Source: Aromatoleum sp. (GTDB lineage: Bacteria; Pseudomonadota; Gammaproteobacteria; Burkholderiales; Casimicrobiaceae). Taken from it: a stretch of DNA of 28,980 nt. Positions 9,364 to 17,925 of this stretch are shown here, one piece after another. A model generated the notes under the pieces. It made no database searches. It was given only the letters and a program-made list of their open reading frames with translations, and was not told the DNA's origin. The DNA is taken from positions 12,672 through 41,651 of the forward strand of contig JAAFGU010000001.1 of assembly GCA_010365205.1 (NCBI GenBank), read 5' to 3'. Made by a program: the position numbers and the translations under genes. Every line of letters begins with the position of its first letter. Within the stretch, counting starts at the first letter, position 1.

Positions 9364-10668
9364 GTGGCCGATATCAGCGCGCTTTCGCATCGACGGTTCT
9401 CGCGACTGTTGTTCGTGTCGCGCGCGTTCCCCGCCGATTTCGATCGCGCGACGTACGGCATCTACATGCGTATGCGGGTACTGCTCGAAGCGATCCGAAA
9501 TCTTGCGGACGACCTCGATATTCTTTTCTTCGTCGATCCGTCCGTTCCAATTTCGGAGGAATTACGTCGTCGCACCCAGGTTCGCATCGCGCAATCGTGG
9601 GGCGTCGAGGCCAACGTCTTTCTGGCGCACGAGCGGCCCGTAGCATCGGACGCCGGCTACTGGGCGAACTACGTCGCACCGGTGCTGGATTTCCGCCGCA
9701 ACCCCGACTACGCCGGCATGGCCGGACCGGAGCAGGTCGCGGCGGTGGAGGCGGCGCTCGATCGCGACATCTCGGCAATCGTCGTCCATCGGCTCGATGC
9801 AATGTGCCCGATTCTGACGATTAGAAGGAAGCTGCCGCCGATATTCCTCGATCTTGACGACATCGAGCATCGCAAGCTGGTTCGTGAACTGGCCCGGAAG
9901 CCTTTCTACCCGGGAAAACTTGCGTTGTTCCTCCGGGCGCCATCAGTCTTCCTGGCCGAACTTCGTGCGATTCGCCGCACTTGCTCGACCTTCGTCTGCT
10001 CGCAAAGCGATCGACGGTATCTGTCGCACTTCGTGCCATCGGATCGAATTGCGGAGGTGCCGAATGTAGCGACGTTTCCTCCGGATGCGCCGGCAGCGTC
10101 AGAGTCGGAAACCCTTCTCTTCCTCGGCTCCTACACTTACGCCGCCAATGTCGATGCCGCCGAGCATCTGGTGCGCGTGCTCTGGCCGCATATCAGGGCG
10201 TTGCGACCATCCGCCACGTTGCTGGTGGCCGGGCAACGGCCCGAACGGATTCCCAGTTACGCGGCGAAGCCGCCCGGCGTGGTTTTCACGGGGTTCGTCG
10301 ACGACCTGGCGGCGCTCTATGCGCGCGTCCGCGTGGTTTGCTGCCCGATTCGATACGGCGGCGGAACGCGGATCAAGATCATCGAGGCCGCCGGCTACGG
10401 CAGGCCGGTCGTGTCTACGCCGATCGGAGCCGAAGGGCTCGTGTTTACGCATCCGGACGAAATCGTTCTCGCACGTACCGACGACGAGTTCGCGGCATCG
10501 TGCGCCCGGCTGCTGGGCGACGCCGACCAGGCACGGGCGGTCGGTGTCGCGGCGCGCCGGCGTGCGCATTCAGCGTACGACCGCGACGCCGTGATCGCAG
10601 GCGTGCGCCGCATTGTGGAGGCCGGTCTGTCGACGACGGTCGACTCCGATGGGCGGGGTTTGGCGTGA
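9364..10668 (+). CDS. GT4 glycosyltransferase
   Basis: Motifs FLDLDDIEH, LLFLGSYTYAANVDA, CPIRYGGGTRIKIIEAAGYGRPVVSTPIGAEG. GTG start is approximate. Confidence 0.85.
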   Translation: MADISALSHRRFSRLLFVSRAFPADFDRATYGIYMRMRVLLEAIRNLADDLDILFFVDPSVPISEELRRRTQVRIAQSWGVEANVFLAHERPVASDAGYWANYVAPVLDFRRNPDYAGMAGPEQVAAVEAALDRDISAIVVHRLDAMCPILTIRRKLPPIFLDLDDIEHRKLVRELARKPFYPGKLALFLRAPSVFLAELRAIRRTCSTFVCSQSDRRYLSHFVPSDRIAEVPNVATFPPDAPAASESETLLFLGSYTYAANVDAAEHLVRVLWPHIRALRPSATLLVAGQRPERIPSYAAKPPGVVFTGFVDDLAALYARVRVVCCPIRYGGGTRIKIIEAAGYGRPVVSTPIGAEGLVFTHPDEIVLARTDDEFAASCARLLGDADQARAVGVAARRRAHSAYDRDAVIAGVRRIVEAGLSTTVDSDGRGLA

Positions 10669-11897
10669 CAGAGATTGGCGTGATGCGAGCTTCGGCCGCG
10701 AGCCAGCACGGCGTCGGGCTCCCGGCATGGTCGATCGTCCTGCCATGGGACCCCAGCCGGCCGGGCGGGGTCGACCTGGTGGCGCTGAACCTGTACCGTG
10801 AAATGCGCTCGCGCGGCGTGTATGAACCGCGGATGCTGATCGCGTCGTGGGAACATCCCGCGCCGCTCGACAGTGTCGACGACGGCCGGCCGACCACCCG
10901 GATCCGGTTGCGGTCGCCCGTTGGCGGTCGATCAGCGCTTGTGCATGCGCTGACATGGCTGCTGGCGCTACCTGCCGAACTTCCGCGCCTTGCCCGTCAC
11001 CTGCGTGCACACCGCGTCGCCGTCGTGAATGCGCATTTTCCCGGGCTGTCGGCGCTGCAATTCGTGTTGGTCAAGCGCTTCCTCTACCGCGATCTGCGCG
11101 TCGTCCTCTCCTTTCACGGACTCGATATCGGCGGCGCGGCGCGGACGCGCGGACTCGAGCGCTGGTTGTGGCGACGCCTGCTGCGCTCCGCCGACGCGCT
11201 GGTTGCCTGCTCGCACGATCTCGCCGGGCAGATCCGGGCCTTCGATCCCGGCGTGACGGCGAGGACGGTGACCATCCACAACGGCCTCGATACGGACGGC
11301 TTTCTCGCCGAAGCCGCGCCTGATGCTGTTCTGGATCCGCGCCTCGAGGGCCGCCGTTACATCCTCAGCGTTGCCGCGTACGAGCCCAAGAAGGGCCTGG
11401 ACGTGCTGATACGCGCGTTCGCGTCGCTGGTGCCGCGCGTCGAACCCGATGTCTTGCTCGTGCTGGTCGGCGTCGATCGCGGGATCCGCGCGGAGCTGCT
11501 GGCGCTCGCCGCGAACCTGGGTGTCGCCGATCGCGTCGTGTCGTTCACCGACGTCGCTCAAGCGCGCCTTCACCCCTTCTACCGGGCGGCGACCGCCTTC
11601 TGCCTGCCGTCGCGCCGCGAGCCGTTCGGGCTGGTACTGCTCGAGGCGGGCGCGTATTCGCTTCCGGTGGTGGCCTCGCGGGTGGGCGGGGTGCCGGAAA
11701 TCATTGCGCACGGCGAGACCGGACGGCTCGTGCCGCCCGAAGACCCGGAAGCGCTCGCCGCCGAGCTGCAGGACCTGCTGTCGCACCCCGCTGAGCGGGC
11801 CCGGCTGGGCGCGGCGCTGCATTCCCGCGTGCGTGCACGGTTCACCTGGGCTGCGGCGTACGAGCGCTACGTCGCGTTGCGGGCGCTCGAGCCCTGA
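10665..11897 (+). CDS. GT4 glycosyltransferase
   Basis: GTGA overlap with the previous gene (alternative ATG at 10683). Motifs VVNAHFPG, IHNGLD, SVAAYEPKKGLDVL, PSRREPFGLVLLEAGAYSLPVVASRVGGVPE. Confidence 0.88.
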   Translation: MTEIGVMRASAASQHGVGLPAWSIVLPWDPSRPGGVDLVALNLYREMRSRGVYEPRMLIASWEHPAPLDSVDDGRPTTRIRLRSPVGGRSALVHALTWLLALPAELPRLARHLRAHRVAVVNAHFPGLSALQFVLVKRFLYRDLRVVLSFHGLDIGGAARTRGLERWLWRRLLRSADALVACSHDLAGQIRAFDPGVTARTVTIHNGLDTDGFLAEAAPDAVLDPRLEGRRYILSVAAYEPKKGLDVLIRAFASLVPRVEPDVLLVLVGVDRGIRAELLALAANLGVADRVVSFTDVAQARLHPFYRAATAFCLPSRREPFGLVLLEAGAYSLPVVASRVGGVPEIIAHGETGRLVPPEDPEALAAELQDLLSHPAERARLGAALHSRVRARFTWAAAYERYVALRALEP

Positions 11898-11935
11898 CGC
11901 GCATCCCGCCGCGTCCGCCGTGCACCCGGAACCGC

Positions 11936-13105
11936 TCAAGCGGTGCGTAGAAAGTACACGGGTTTGTCGAACGCCTGCGCAATCACCACGCCCTTGAGGT
12001 TGGGCACGTATTGCATCCGGCTCATGATCGCCGTGTCGCCGCCGTTCACGCCCGCACCGTAGGCGACTGGAGGAGTGCCCGTCGTGGGCAGTTTCGAAAC
12101 GGCGAACGTCGTCGGATCGATCACGTAAATCTCTTCGAGGTCCGTGAAGTACAGGAACCTGTCGAGCACCGGATCGTGGACGAAGCCTGCGCCGGATGCG
12201 CGACGCAGTGGCAGCCCCGAAGCGGGGGCGTCACGATAGGCGGCCGGACGCTTGGACAGATCGAAGTAGCCGATCTGCGAGTCGCCCATTCCGGGGCGCG
12301 GTCCGATCCGCACCAGTCGACTTCGCAGCGGGTCGACGAGCGCGCACCCGCGGTCGACGTCGACCCATTCGGTATCGGCCAGGATGGCATCCGGTTGCCC
12401 GGTGGCGTTGTTCCAGAGCTGAATTAGGTGCGAGCTGGGGAAATAGACGTCGCCGGTAACGGGATGCTGCGCCACCCAGTTCCCCTCGTATCCGCCGGCC
12501 CTGGCGTACATGCGTCCGTAGTGTTCAGCGGGGTACCAGCGGCCTCCGGACGCCAGAGGGATCGCATCGACCTGCCAGCCCTTGCCCTTGTCCATCGGCC
12601 AAACCGGGCCGCAACCATAGACGATCAACTCGTCGCGCCCCGCGTTGTATTGCGGCGCGTAGTACGAGTGCCGTGACACCGGCGTTCCATCGGGGTTGTA
12701 GAACGCGCTGCTGTTCGATTGATTGGTCCGCACGCCGGAGGCATTTGACGGCTTCACGATGCAGAACCATCGCGGCGCGTCGGTTTCCAGGGCAAGGGCG
12801 CGGACCTCGTTGCCGCCCCAAGTCCGACCGCCACCGCCGAACGACATCAGCATGCTGTCGGACTTGCGAAGGGCACCGCCGCTGAACGTGAAGGTACCCG
12901 TTCGCGGATTCGTGCCGAAGCCAATGTCCCGCCAGTTCCGGTCGGTGAGGCCAGCCGCGACCAGGTCGGCCAGCACCGCCGGGCTGTCGATTTGCCGCGT
13001 ATTCGGAATCGCGACCCATTCGCCGACCTTCCTTCCCTGAAGCCATGCTGGAATCCGTGCGGCCGTTGCCGCGGGAAAGCTGAGCGGGGCAGAGGTGGAC
13101 TTGAT
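11936..13105 (-). CDS. Gene C: hypothetical beta-propeller-like protein, 389 aa if initiated at ATC 13105 (first canonical start is GTG 12976)
   Basis: Frame is open from 13105 to TGA 11936. Upstream of the GTG it reads IKSTSAPLSFPAATAARIPAWLQGRKVGEWVAIPNTRQIDSPA. The body has repeated aromatic/DP blade-like motifs (SFGGGGRTWGGNEV, LVDPLRSRL, VHDPVLDRF, YVIDPTTF, MQYVPNLKG). Start position is uncertain. Confidence 0.72.
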   Translation of the reverse strand: MKSTSAPLSFPAATAARIPAWLQGRKVGEWVAIPNTRQIDSPAVLADLVAAGLTDRNWRDIGFGTNPRTGTFTFSGGALRKSDSMLMSFGGGGRTWGGNEVRALALETDAPRWFCIVKPSNASGVRTNQSNSSAFYNPDGTPVSRHSYYAPQYNAGRDELIVYGCGPVWPMDKGKGWQVDAIPLASGGRWYPAEHYGRMYARAGGYEGNWVAQHPVTGDVYFPSSHLIQLWNNATGQPDAILADTEWVDVDRGCALVDPLRSRLVRIGPRPGMGDSQIGYFDLSKRPAAYRDAPASGLPLRRASGAGFVHDPVLDRFLYFTDLEEIYVIDPTTFAVSKLPTTGTPPVAYGAGVNGGDTAIMSRMQYVPNLKGVVIAQAFDKPVYFLRTA

Positions 13106-13111
13106 TTACGG
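13092..13111. repeat. 20-bp direct repeat, copy 1 (B/C junction)
   Basis: GAGGTGGACTTGATTTACGG versus GAGGTGGGCTTGATTTACGG at 20611-20630 (19/20 identical). Confidence 0.9.
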
Positions 13112-13276
13112 GCCTCCGTGACGGTAGAAGAGCAGGCCGGGGTTCGGCATGCCGATGCCGCCCGCCCAAAGCGACCAGTCGTCGGGCACCCACGGGCATG
13201 GCAACGCCAGCGGTGTTCCGAGGTGGCCGTCGATCATGGCGCAGTCGAACGCCGAACGCGGTGACGTCGATTTCAT
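13106..13276 (-). CDS. Mini-B: 56-aa protein or internally deleted remnant of gene B (absent from the ORF track)
   Basis: MKSTSPRSAFDCAMIDGHLGTPLALPCPWVPDDWSLWAGGIGMPNPGLLFYRHGGP*. The first half matches the N-terminus and the second half the C-terminus of 20625..21728. ATGA overlap with gene A1. Confidence 0.7.
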   Translation of the reverse strand: MKSTSPRSAFDCAMIDGHLGTPLALPCPWVPDDWSLWAGGIGMPNPGLLFYRHGGP

Positions 13277-13620
13277 TGCCCGTCATCCGCATCGATGATG
13301 ATGCCTGCGAGATCGCCGTGGCCGATGCGGGTCAGGATGCCTTCGCGGCTGAGCATCAGCACGCCGGCAATCGGGGCGCTCCGCGCGTTGAGCGAGAACG
13401 TCAACGGGTTGCCGTCCGGATGCGTCACGAATGTGCGCAGGTCGAGCGATGCTCCGATCGCGAGCGCCGCGCCCGAAAAGCCTGCCAACCAGGCGGCCTC
13501 GCGATCGGAGGTGAATGACGACGCGGGTTCCTTCGTATTCTTGGCGCCGACCCCGCACGCCGCCGAAGGGGCGATGAGCGCGCCTGCGCCTGCGATGATG
13601 AAATCACGGCGAGAGGTCAT
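13273..13620 (-). CDS. Gene A1: twin-arginine (Tat) signal protein with Ig/cadherin-like C-terminal domain, 115 aa
   Basis: MTSRRDFII followed by a hydrophobic stretch; GAGGA SD upstream; DLRTFVTHPDGNPLTFSL...EGIL...IIIDADDGQ. Paralog of 21725..22072. Confidence 0.8.
   Translation of the reverse strand: MTSRRDFIIAGAGALIAPSAACGVGAKNTKEPASSFTSDREAAWLAGFSGAALAIGASLDLRTFVTHPDGNPLTFSLNARSAPIAGVLMLSREGILTRIGHGDLAGIIIDADDGQ
13277..13299. repeat. 23-bp perfect direct repeat, copy 1 (A/B junction)
   Basis: TGCCCGTCATCCGCATCGATGAT is identical at 13277-13299 and 21729-21751. Confidence 0.9.
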
Positions 13621-13847
13621 TCCATTTTCCTCAGCGGAGTCCTCAATCTTTCACGGCGAGCAACGGCTCGTAGGCCGATGCTGCCTCGGTTCGCAACAGG
13701 GGCCGTTCGACCCCACGACTTGCAATCGAATGAATTCTAGACCAAATGCAATCGCGCTTCTGGAGGTTGCCGCACAGGCCGCGTGCGGCGAGATTTTGCA
13801 ATCATCGGGATTCAAGCCAGCATTGCCGCCCGGCGAGACCGCCATTC

Positions 13848-15356
13848 TCAGCCCCACCGCGTCAGGATGCGGCGTACGTCGTGCGCAATCGGGTGCCGCA
13901 CTGCGAAGACCATGGCCAGCCAGACCGGCAACGTCGTTGCCGCGGCGATGACGATGACCGCCCAGCCCGGGAGATGCTGGCCTCGAGACAGCACGGTCGC
14001 AAGGAGCGTTATGGCGATCGACGGAACGGCGATGGCCAGGCTCGGTCCGGCTGCCCGCAGAATGGCGCCAAGCGAAATGCCGAACACGCGGGAAAGGCTC
14101 ACCTGCGATGCAGCCACCGAGACGAGCGACATCGCGCTCATTGCAATCGTGACGGCGATGAGCCCGAACGGAGCGGCGACAATCAGGACGGCGACGCGGC
14201 AGATCAACGTGAAGAGCAGCACGTTGAAGGCGGGTCGAAGGCGGCCGAGTCCGGTATAGAAGGTGCTCCAGAGCAGATACGGGACGTAAAGCATGTTGCC
14301 CAGCACGATGATTCGGACGAGGTCAACCGACGGCAACCATTGGGAACCGTAAAGAAGCGCGATGAGTTCGGGCGCCAGGATGCCCACCGCAGCGAGCGCG
14401 GGCCACACCAGCGCGGTCAGATAGCGTACCGTGTTGCAGAATCCTTGACGCAGATCTCCGCCCGCCCGATTCTTTTCGGCGAAATACGGTGCGGCCACCG
14501 TGTAGACCGCCGAAGTGAAAACCCGGTAGACGATGTCCAGGATGGTGTTCGCCCGGCCGTAGAACCCGACCGCGACGAGCGAAATCACGCGGCCGATGAT
14601 CAGATCCGGGACGCCGCGCGCTACCTCGATCACGATGGCAGTGCCGCTCGACCACGCTCCGAAGCGAAATACCTCGCGCATGTGCCGCAGCGAGGGCCTC
14701 CAAGGCCAGTCGCGCGGACGGTACCGGAGAGCAAGCAGGATCGTCACGATGCTTCCGGCGAGAAGCCCCCACGCCATGCTCATGTAGCTGAATCCGGCAA
14801 ATGCGAGCATCACGGTCGTGGAAGAACCGACGATGGCGCTCGCGAGCCGGACAACCAATATCTTCCCGAAGTCCAGGTTGCGGCGGACCCACGCCATCGT
14901 TACGGTGCCGAACGGGATCAGCATGAAAGAGATCGCCAGTACGGACATGACCTTGGCGACGCCGGCTTCGCGATAAAAGATTGACGCCGGCCACGCAACG
15001 AGCAGAAGAACGGCCGCCAGCCCGAATCCGGTCACCATCGCAAGCGCGGAAGCTGTGCGGATCTTGTCGACGGTCAGGTCGCGCTCTTGGGCGATATAGT
15101 CGGCTACGCCGAAGTCCCGCAATACCTGGGCCACTGCCACGAGGACCATCGCGACGGAAAACGTCCCGAATTCCGCCGGCGTCAGCAGCCGCGCGACGAT
15201 CAGCGACGCAACGAACTGGATCAGCGTCGTGGCGTAGTTCTGAAGAAAGGAGAGCGCTAGCGCGCGACGGATTTTTGACAAGGGAACACGCTGCCCTGTG
15301 GGTGCCGCGATGATCCGCTCGGAGTCCTCCCCGGGCGGCGAAAGGTCCGGGAACAT
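13848..15356 (-). CDS. wzx: Wzx-type polysaccharide flippase (MOP/PST family)
   Basis: Many hydrophobic helices; IVARLLTPAEFG, PDLIIGR...VGFYGRA, LLYGSQWLPSV. Start may be a few codons downstream. Confidence 0.88.
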   Translation of the reverse strand: MFPDLSPPGEDSERIIAAPTGQRVPLSKIRRALALSFLQNYATTLIQFVASLIVARLLTPAEFGTFSVAMVLVAVAQVLRDFGVADYIAQERDLTVDKIRTASALAMVTGFGLAAVLLLVAWPASIFYREAGVAKVMSVLAISFMLIPFGTVTMAWVRRNLDFGKILVVRLASAIVGSSTTVMLAFAGFSYMSMAWGLLAGSIVTILLALRYRPRDWPWRPSLRHMREVFRFGAWSSGTAIVIEVARGVPDLIIGRVISLVAVGFYGRANTILDIVYRVFTSAVYTVAAPYFAEKNRAGGDLRQGFCNTVRYLTALVWPALAAVGILAPELIALLYGSQWLPSVDLVRIIVLGNMLYVPYLLWSTFYTGLGRLRPAFNVLLFTLICRVAVLIVAAPFGLIAVTIAMSAMSLVSVAASQVSLSRVFGISLGAILRAAGPSLAIAVPSIAITLLATVLSRGQHLPGWAVIVIAAATTLPVWLAMVFAVRHPIAHDVRRILTRWG

Positions 15357-15478
15357 GTACCGGACAAATTGCGCATTCTAACCGGGACCAGTCCTGCATT
15401 TGTCGTGCCGCACGCACTCCGTTCCGGCGTCCGTCGCTGCCAGCCGGTGGCGCGCAGCGTGAATCGTCTGCGATCAGA

Positions 15479-15487
15479 TGCTATAGT
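15479..15487 (+). promoter_or_regulatory. Possible extended -10 promoter element
   Basis: TGcTATAGT, 36 bp upstream of ATG 15524, in the divergent wzx/15524 intergenic region. Confidence 0.3.
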
Positions 15488-15523
15488 CGGGATCGTTTGG
15501 CGTATGCGGGATGAACGCGAGCG

Positions 15524-16693
15524 ATGATCGTCAAGAACCTGCGCCGCGAGCAATTGGGGGGGAACGTACGGCTGTCGGCTGACATCGTTCACGAGACGGT
15601 GCCGGCTCCGTTCGCCGTGATCTACTACGAGGTCGAGGAACGCCACGCCGACCTGCTGACCGACAGCTACGCCCCGTTCCTCATCGCAGCACTGGTGCCG
15701 GCAGTGTTCCACGGAGAGGCCCGGATTGTCGTCGAAGGTGACGTTGCGCCTCTGCTCGTCGCCGGACTGCGCTGCGTGATGGGCTGGCACCATCACTGGT
15801 ACGGCAAGCGGCATGCTCCGATTGCCATCGAGGCGGGAACTCGCGCGACCGCCCTGCCGCGGCGCCCATCGGCGGTATACCTTTCAGGCGGCATCGATTC
15901 GATGTTCACGCTTCGCCGCAACCAATTGGGATTTCCCGCAGGCCACGCGTGCCGGGCCGACTCCGCCATTCTGGTCAATGGTTTCGACGTGCGGCGTCCG
16001 GACGCCATTCGGATTGCGCGCGACCACGTGCAGCAGATCGCCGATGCGGCGACCTTGGAGTTGATCACCGTTTCGTCGAACGTGCCGCTGCTCGACGACG
16101 ACTACCCACTCTGGGCGAAGCAGTTCGGCGGTGCCGCCTTCTGCTCGGTGGCACATGCGCTGGCACCCGGTTTTCAGCGGGTCTGGTTCTCGGCGAACAG
16201 TCCGATCCCCGATCTGACCCCGTGGACCTTGCATCCGGCGACCGATCCCAACTATTCCAGCGCCGACGTCGAGATTCGTCAGGAGGGGCTTGAATTCACC
16301 TGCGTCGAGAAGGTCCGCCTGCTTGCGCACTGGGATGTCGCCCTTCGTCACGCCCGAGTGTGCACGCGTAACCCGGTCGATCGACTCAATTGCGGGCAGT
16401 GCGAGAAGTGCATTCGCACCCAATTGGCGTTTCTGCTCGCGGGGCGCCTCAGCGATGCGTCGGTGTTTCCGAACGATGACATCACGGTCGCACAGGTGCG
16501 AGCGGTGCGTATCCGCAACGAGGGTCAAGCGCGCGACAACCACGATCTCGTCAGGGAGCTGCGCGCCGCGGGGCGCGCCAATCTCGCCCGCGCAGTTGCG
16601 GCTAATCTTCGCGAATACGAAAAATGGGTCGCGTGGCGCGATGGCACCGGCCTCAGGCACCGCGCCGCGCGCGTGCTGGGATTCCGGCACTAA
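15524..16693 (+). CDS. Hypothetical PP-loop (QueC-like fold) protein, paralog 1
   Basis: YLSGGIDS nucleotide-binding loop; PWTLHPATDPNYSS; C-x9-C-x2-C-x2-C (CTRNPVDRLNCGQCEKC). Confidence 0.75.
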   Translation: MIVKNLRREQLGGNVRLSADIVHETVPAPFAVIYYEVEERHADLLTDSYAPFLIAALVPAVFHGEARIVVEGDVAPLLVAGLRCVMGWHHHWYGKRHAPIAIEAGTRATALPRRPSAVYLSGGIDSMFTLRRNQLGFPAGHACRADSAILVNGFDVRRPDAIRIARDHVQQIADAATLELITVSSNVPLLDDDYPLWAKQFGGAAFCSVAHALAPGFQRVWFSANSPIPDLTPWTLHPATDPNYSSADVEIRQEGLEFTCVEKVRLLAHWDVALRHARVCTRNPVDRLNCGQCEKCIRTQLAFLLAGRLSDASVFPNDDITVAQVRAVRIRNEGQARDNHDLVRELRAAGRANLARAVAANLREYEKWVAWRDGTGLRHRAARVLGFRH

Positions 16694-16702
16694 GGGGCGC
16701 CG

Positions 16703-17920
16703 ATGATCATCCGAAATTTTGACGTGACTTCGGTCGCAGGCGCGGCCCAGGTGAGCGCCGAAGTCGTATGGGAGGAGAGCGCCCGGGCATCGTTCGATCT
16801 CCACTTCCGGGTGCCCACGGAACACGCGGCGCTGATCTCCGCGAATGCCGACGCGTTTCTGACGGCGGCCCTTTATCCTGCGCGGCGCGCGGGTGAGCGG
16901 CGGGTTCGGGTCGAGGGCGAGGTCTGTCCTTACCTGGTGCGTGGTCTCGAAACCGCGCTCCATTGGCACTGGCACTGGTTCGGCGAGCGCTGCCCGATTG
17001 TCGCCATCGAGGCGCCCGCACGGACCCGACCGATTGCCACCCGCGACGCGGCCGGAGCGCTGCTTTTCTTCTCGGGCGGCGCCGATTGTATGCATACGCT
17101 TCGTCGCAACCGTCTGGAAGTGCCGATCAGTCACCCGGCTGCGATCAGCCACGGGCTGGTGATCGAAGGATTCGACATGCGACGGGGCAACACGTACGCG
17201 CGCTCGCTCGAAGCGTCGCGCCTGGTTGCGGCCGATGCGGATGTGGCGCTCGTGCCCGTAACCACGAACGTCCGCGACCTCGACCTCGACGACGAATTCT
17301 GGGATTGGGAGTTCCACGGCGCGGCGCTCGCATCGGTCGCACACGTGTTCGCGGGCGCGTTCGATCTCGCCTACATTGCGTCCGGAATCGAGATCGAGAG
17401 TCTTTTTCCATGGGGCTCGCATCCGCTGGTCGATCCGCTGTATTCGAGTTGCGATATCAAGGTCCGGCACGACAGCGCGGAGGTGCCGCGTCTGGAGAAG
17501 ATCAGGCTGCTCGCCGAGTGGCCCATCGCGCTCGACAATATGCGCGTCTGTTACCGCCACCCGCAGAATTCCCTGAATTGCGAGGAGTGCGAGAAATGCG
17601 TGCGCACGATGGTCGAACTGGTCGCCGTGGGCGCTCTCGAGCGCGCGGGCGCGTTTCGGCACACCGACATCACGGCGGAACTCGTCCGCGCGGTCCGGTT
17701 TTCCCTTCAGTATCACCGGATCCGTTGGGAAGAGATGATCCCCGACCTCGAACGTCGCGGCCGTTCTGACTTGGTGGCGGCCATTCGGGAAATCGTCACG
17801 CGTTTCCATCGCTGGGACGCGTGGAAGCACGAGCGGGACTGGAAAGGGCGGATCAAGCGCTTCGATCGCCGATTCCTCGGCGGCCGGCTTCTGCCTTATC
17901 TTCGGCGCCTGTACGCTTGA
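16703..17920 (+). CDS. Hypothetical PP-loop (QueC-like fold) protein, paralog 2
   Basis: FFSGGADC; PWGSHPLVDPLYSS; CYRHPQNSLNCEECEKC. Colinear with paralogs 1 and 3. Confidence 0.75.
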   Translation: MIIRNFDVTSVAGAAQVSAEVVWEESARASFDLHFRVPTEHAALISANADAFLTAALYPARRAGERRVRVEGEVCPYLVRGLETALHWHWHWFGERCPIVAIEAPARTRPIATRDAAGALLFFSGGADCMHTLRRNRLEVPISHPAAISHGLVIEGFDMRRGNTYARSLEASRLVAADADVALVPVTTNVRDLDLDDEFWDWEFHGAALASVAHVFAGAFDLAYIASGIEIESLFPWGSHPLVDPLYSSCDIKVRHDSAEVPRLEKIRLLAEWPIALDNMRVCYRHPQNSLNCEECEKCVRTMVELVAVGALERAGAFRHTDITAELVRAVRFSLQYHRIRWEEMIPDLERRGRSDLVAAIREIVTRFHRWDAWKHERDWKGRIKRFDRRFLGGRLLPYLRRLYA

Positions 17921-17925
17921 CGCGG

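Noticed and set aside
12525-13292. 255-aa minus-strand ORF crossing the mini-B/C region
   Set aside because: It is in a different frame from the one showing homology to gene B and the IKSTSAP leader, and has no recognisable motifs.
13270-13299. Programmed -1 frameshift fusing A to B
   Set aside because: No X-XXY-YYZ slippery heptamer at either junction. ATGA/GTGA overlaps are ordinary translational coupling and occur throughout this locus.
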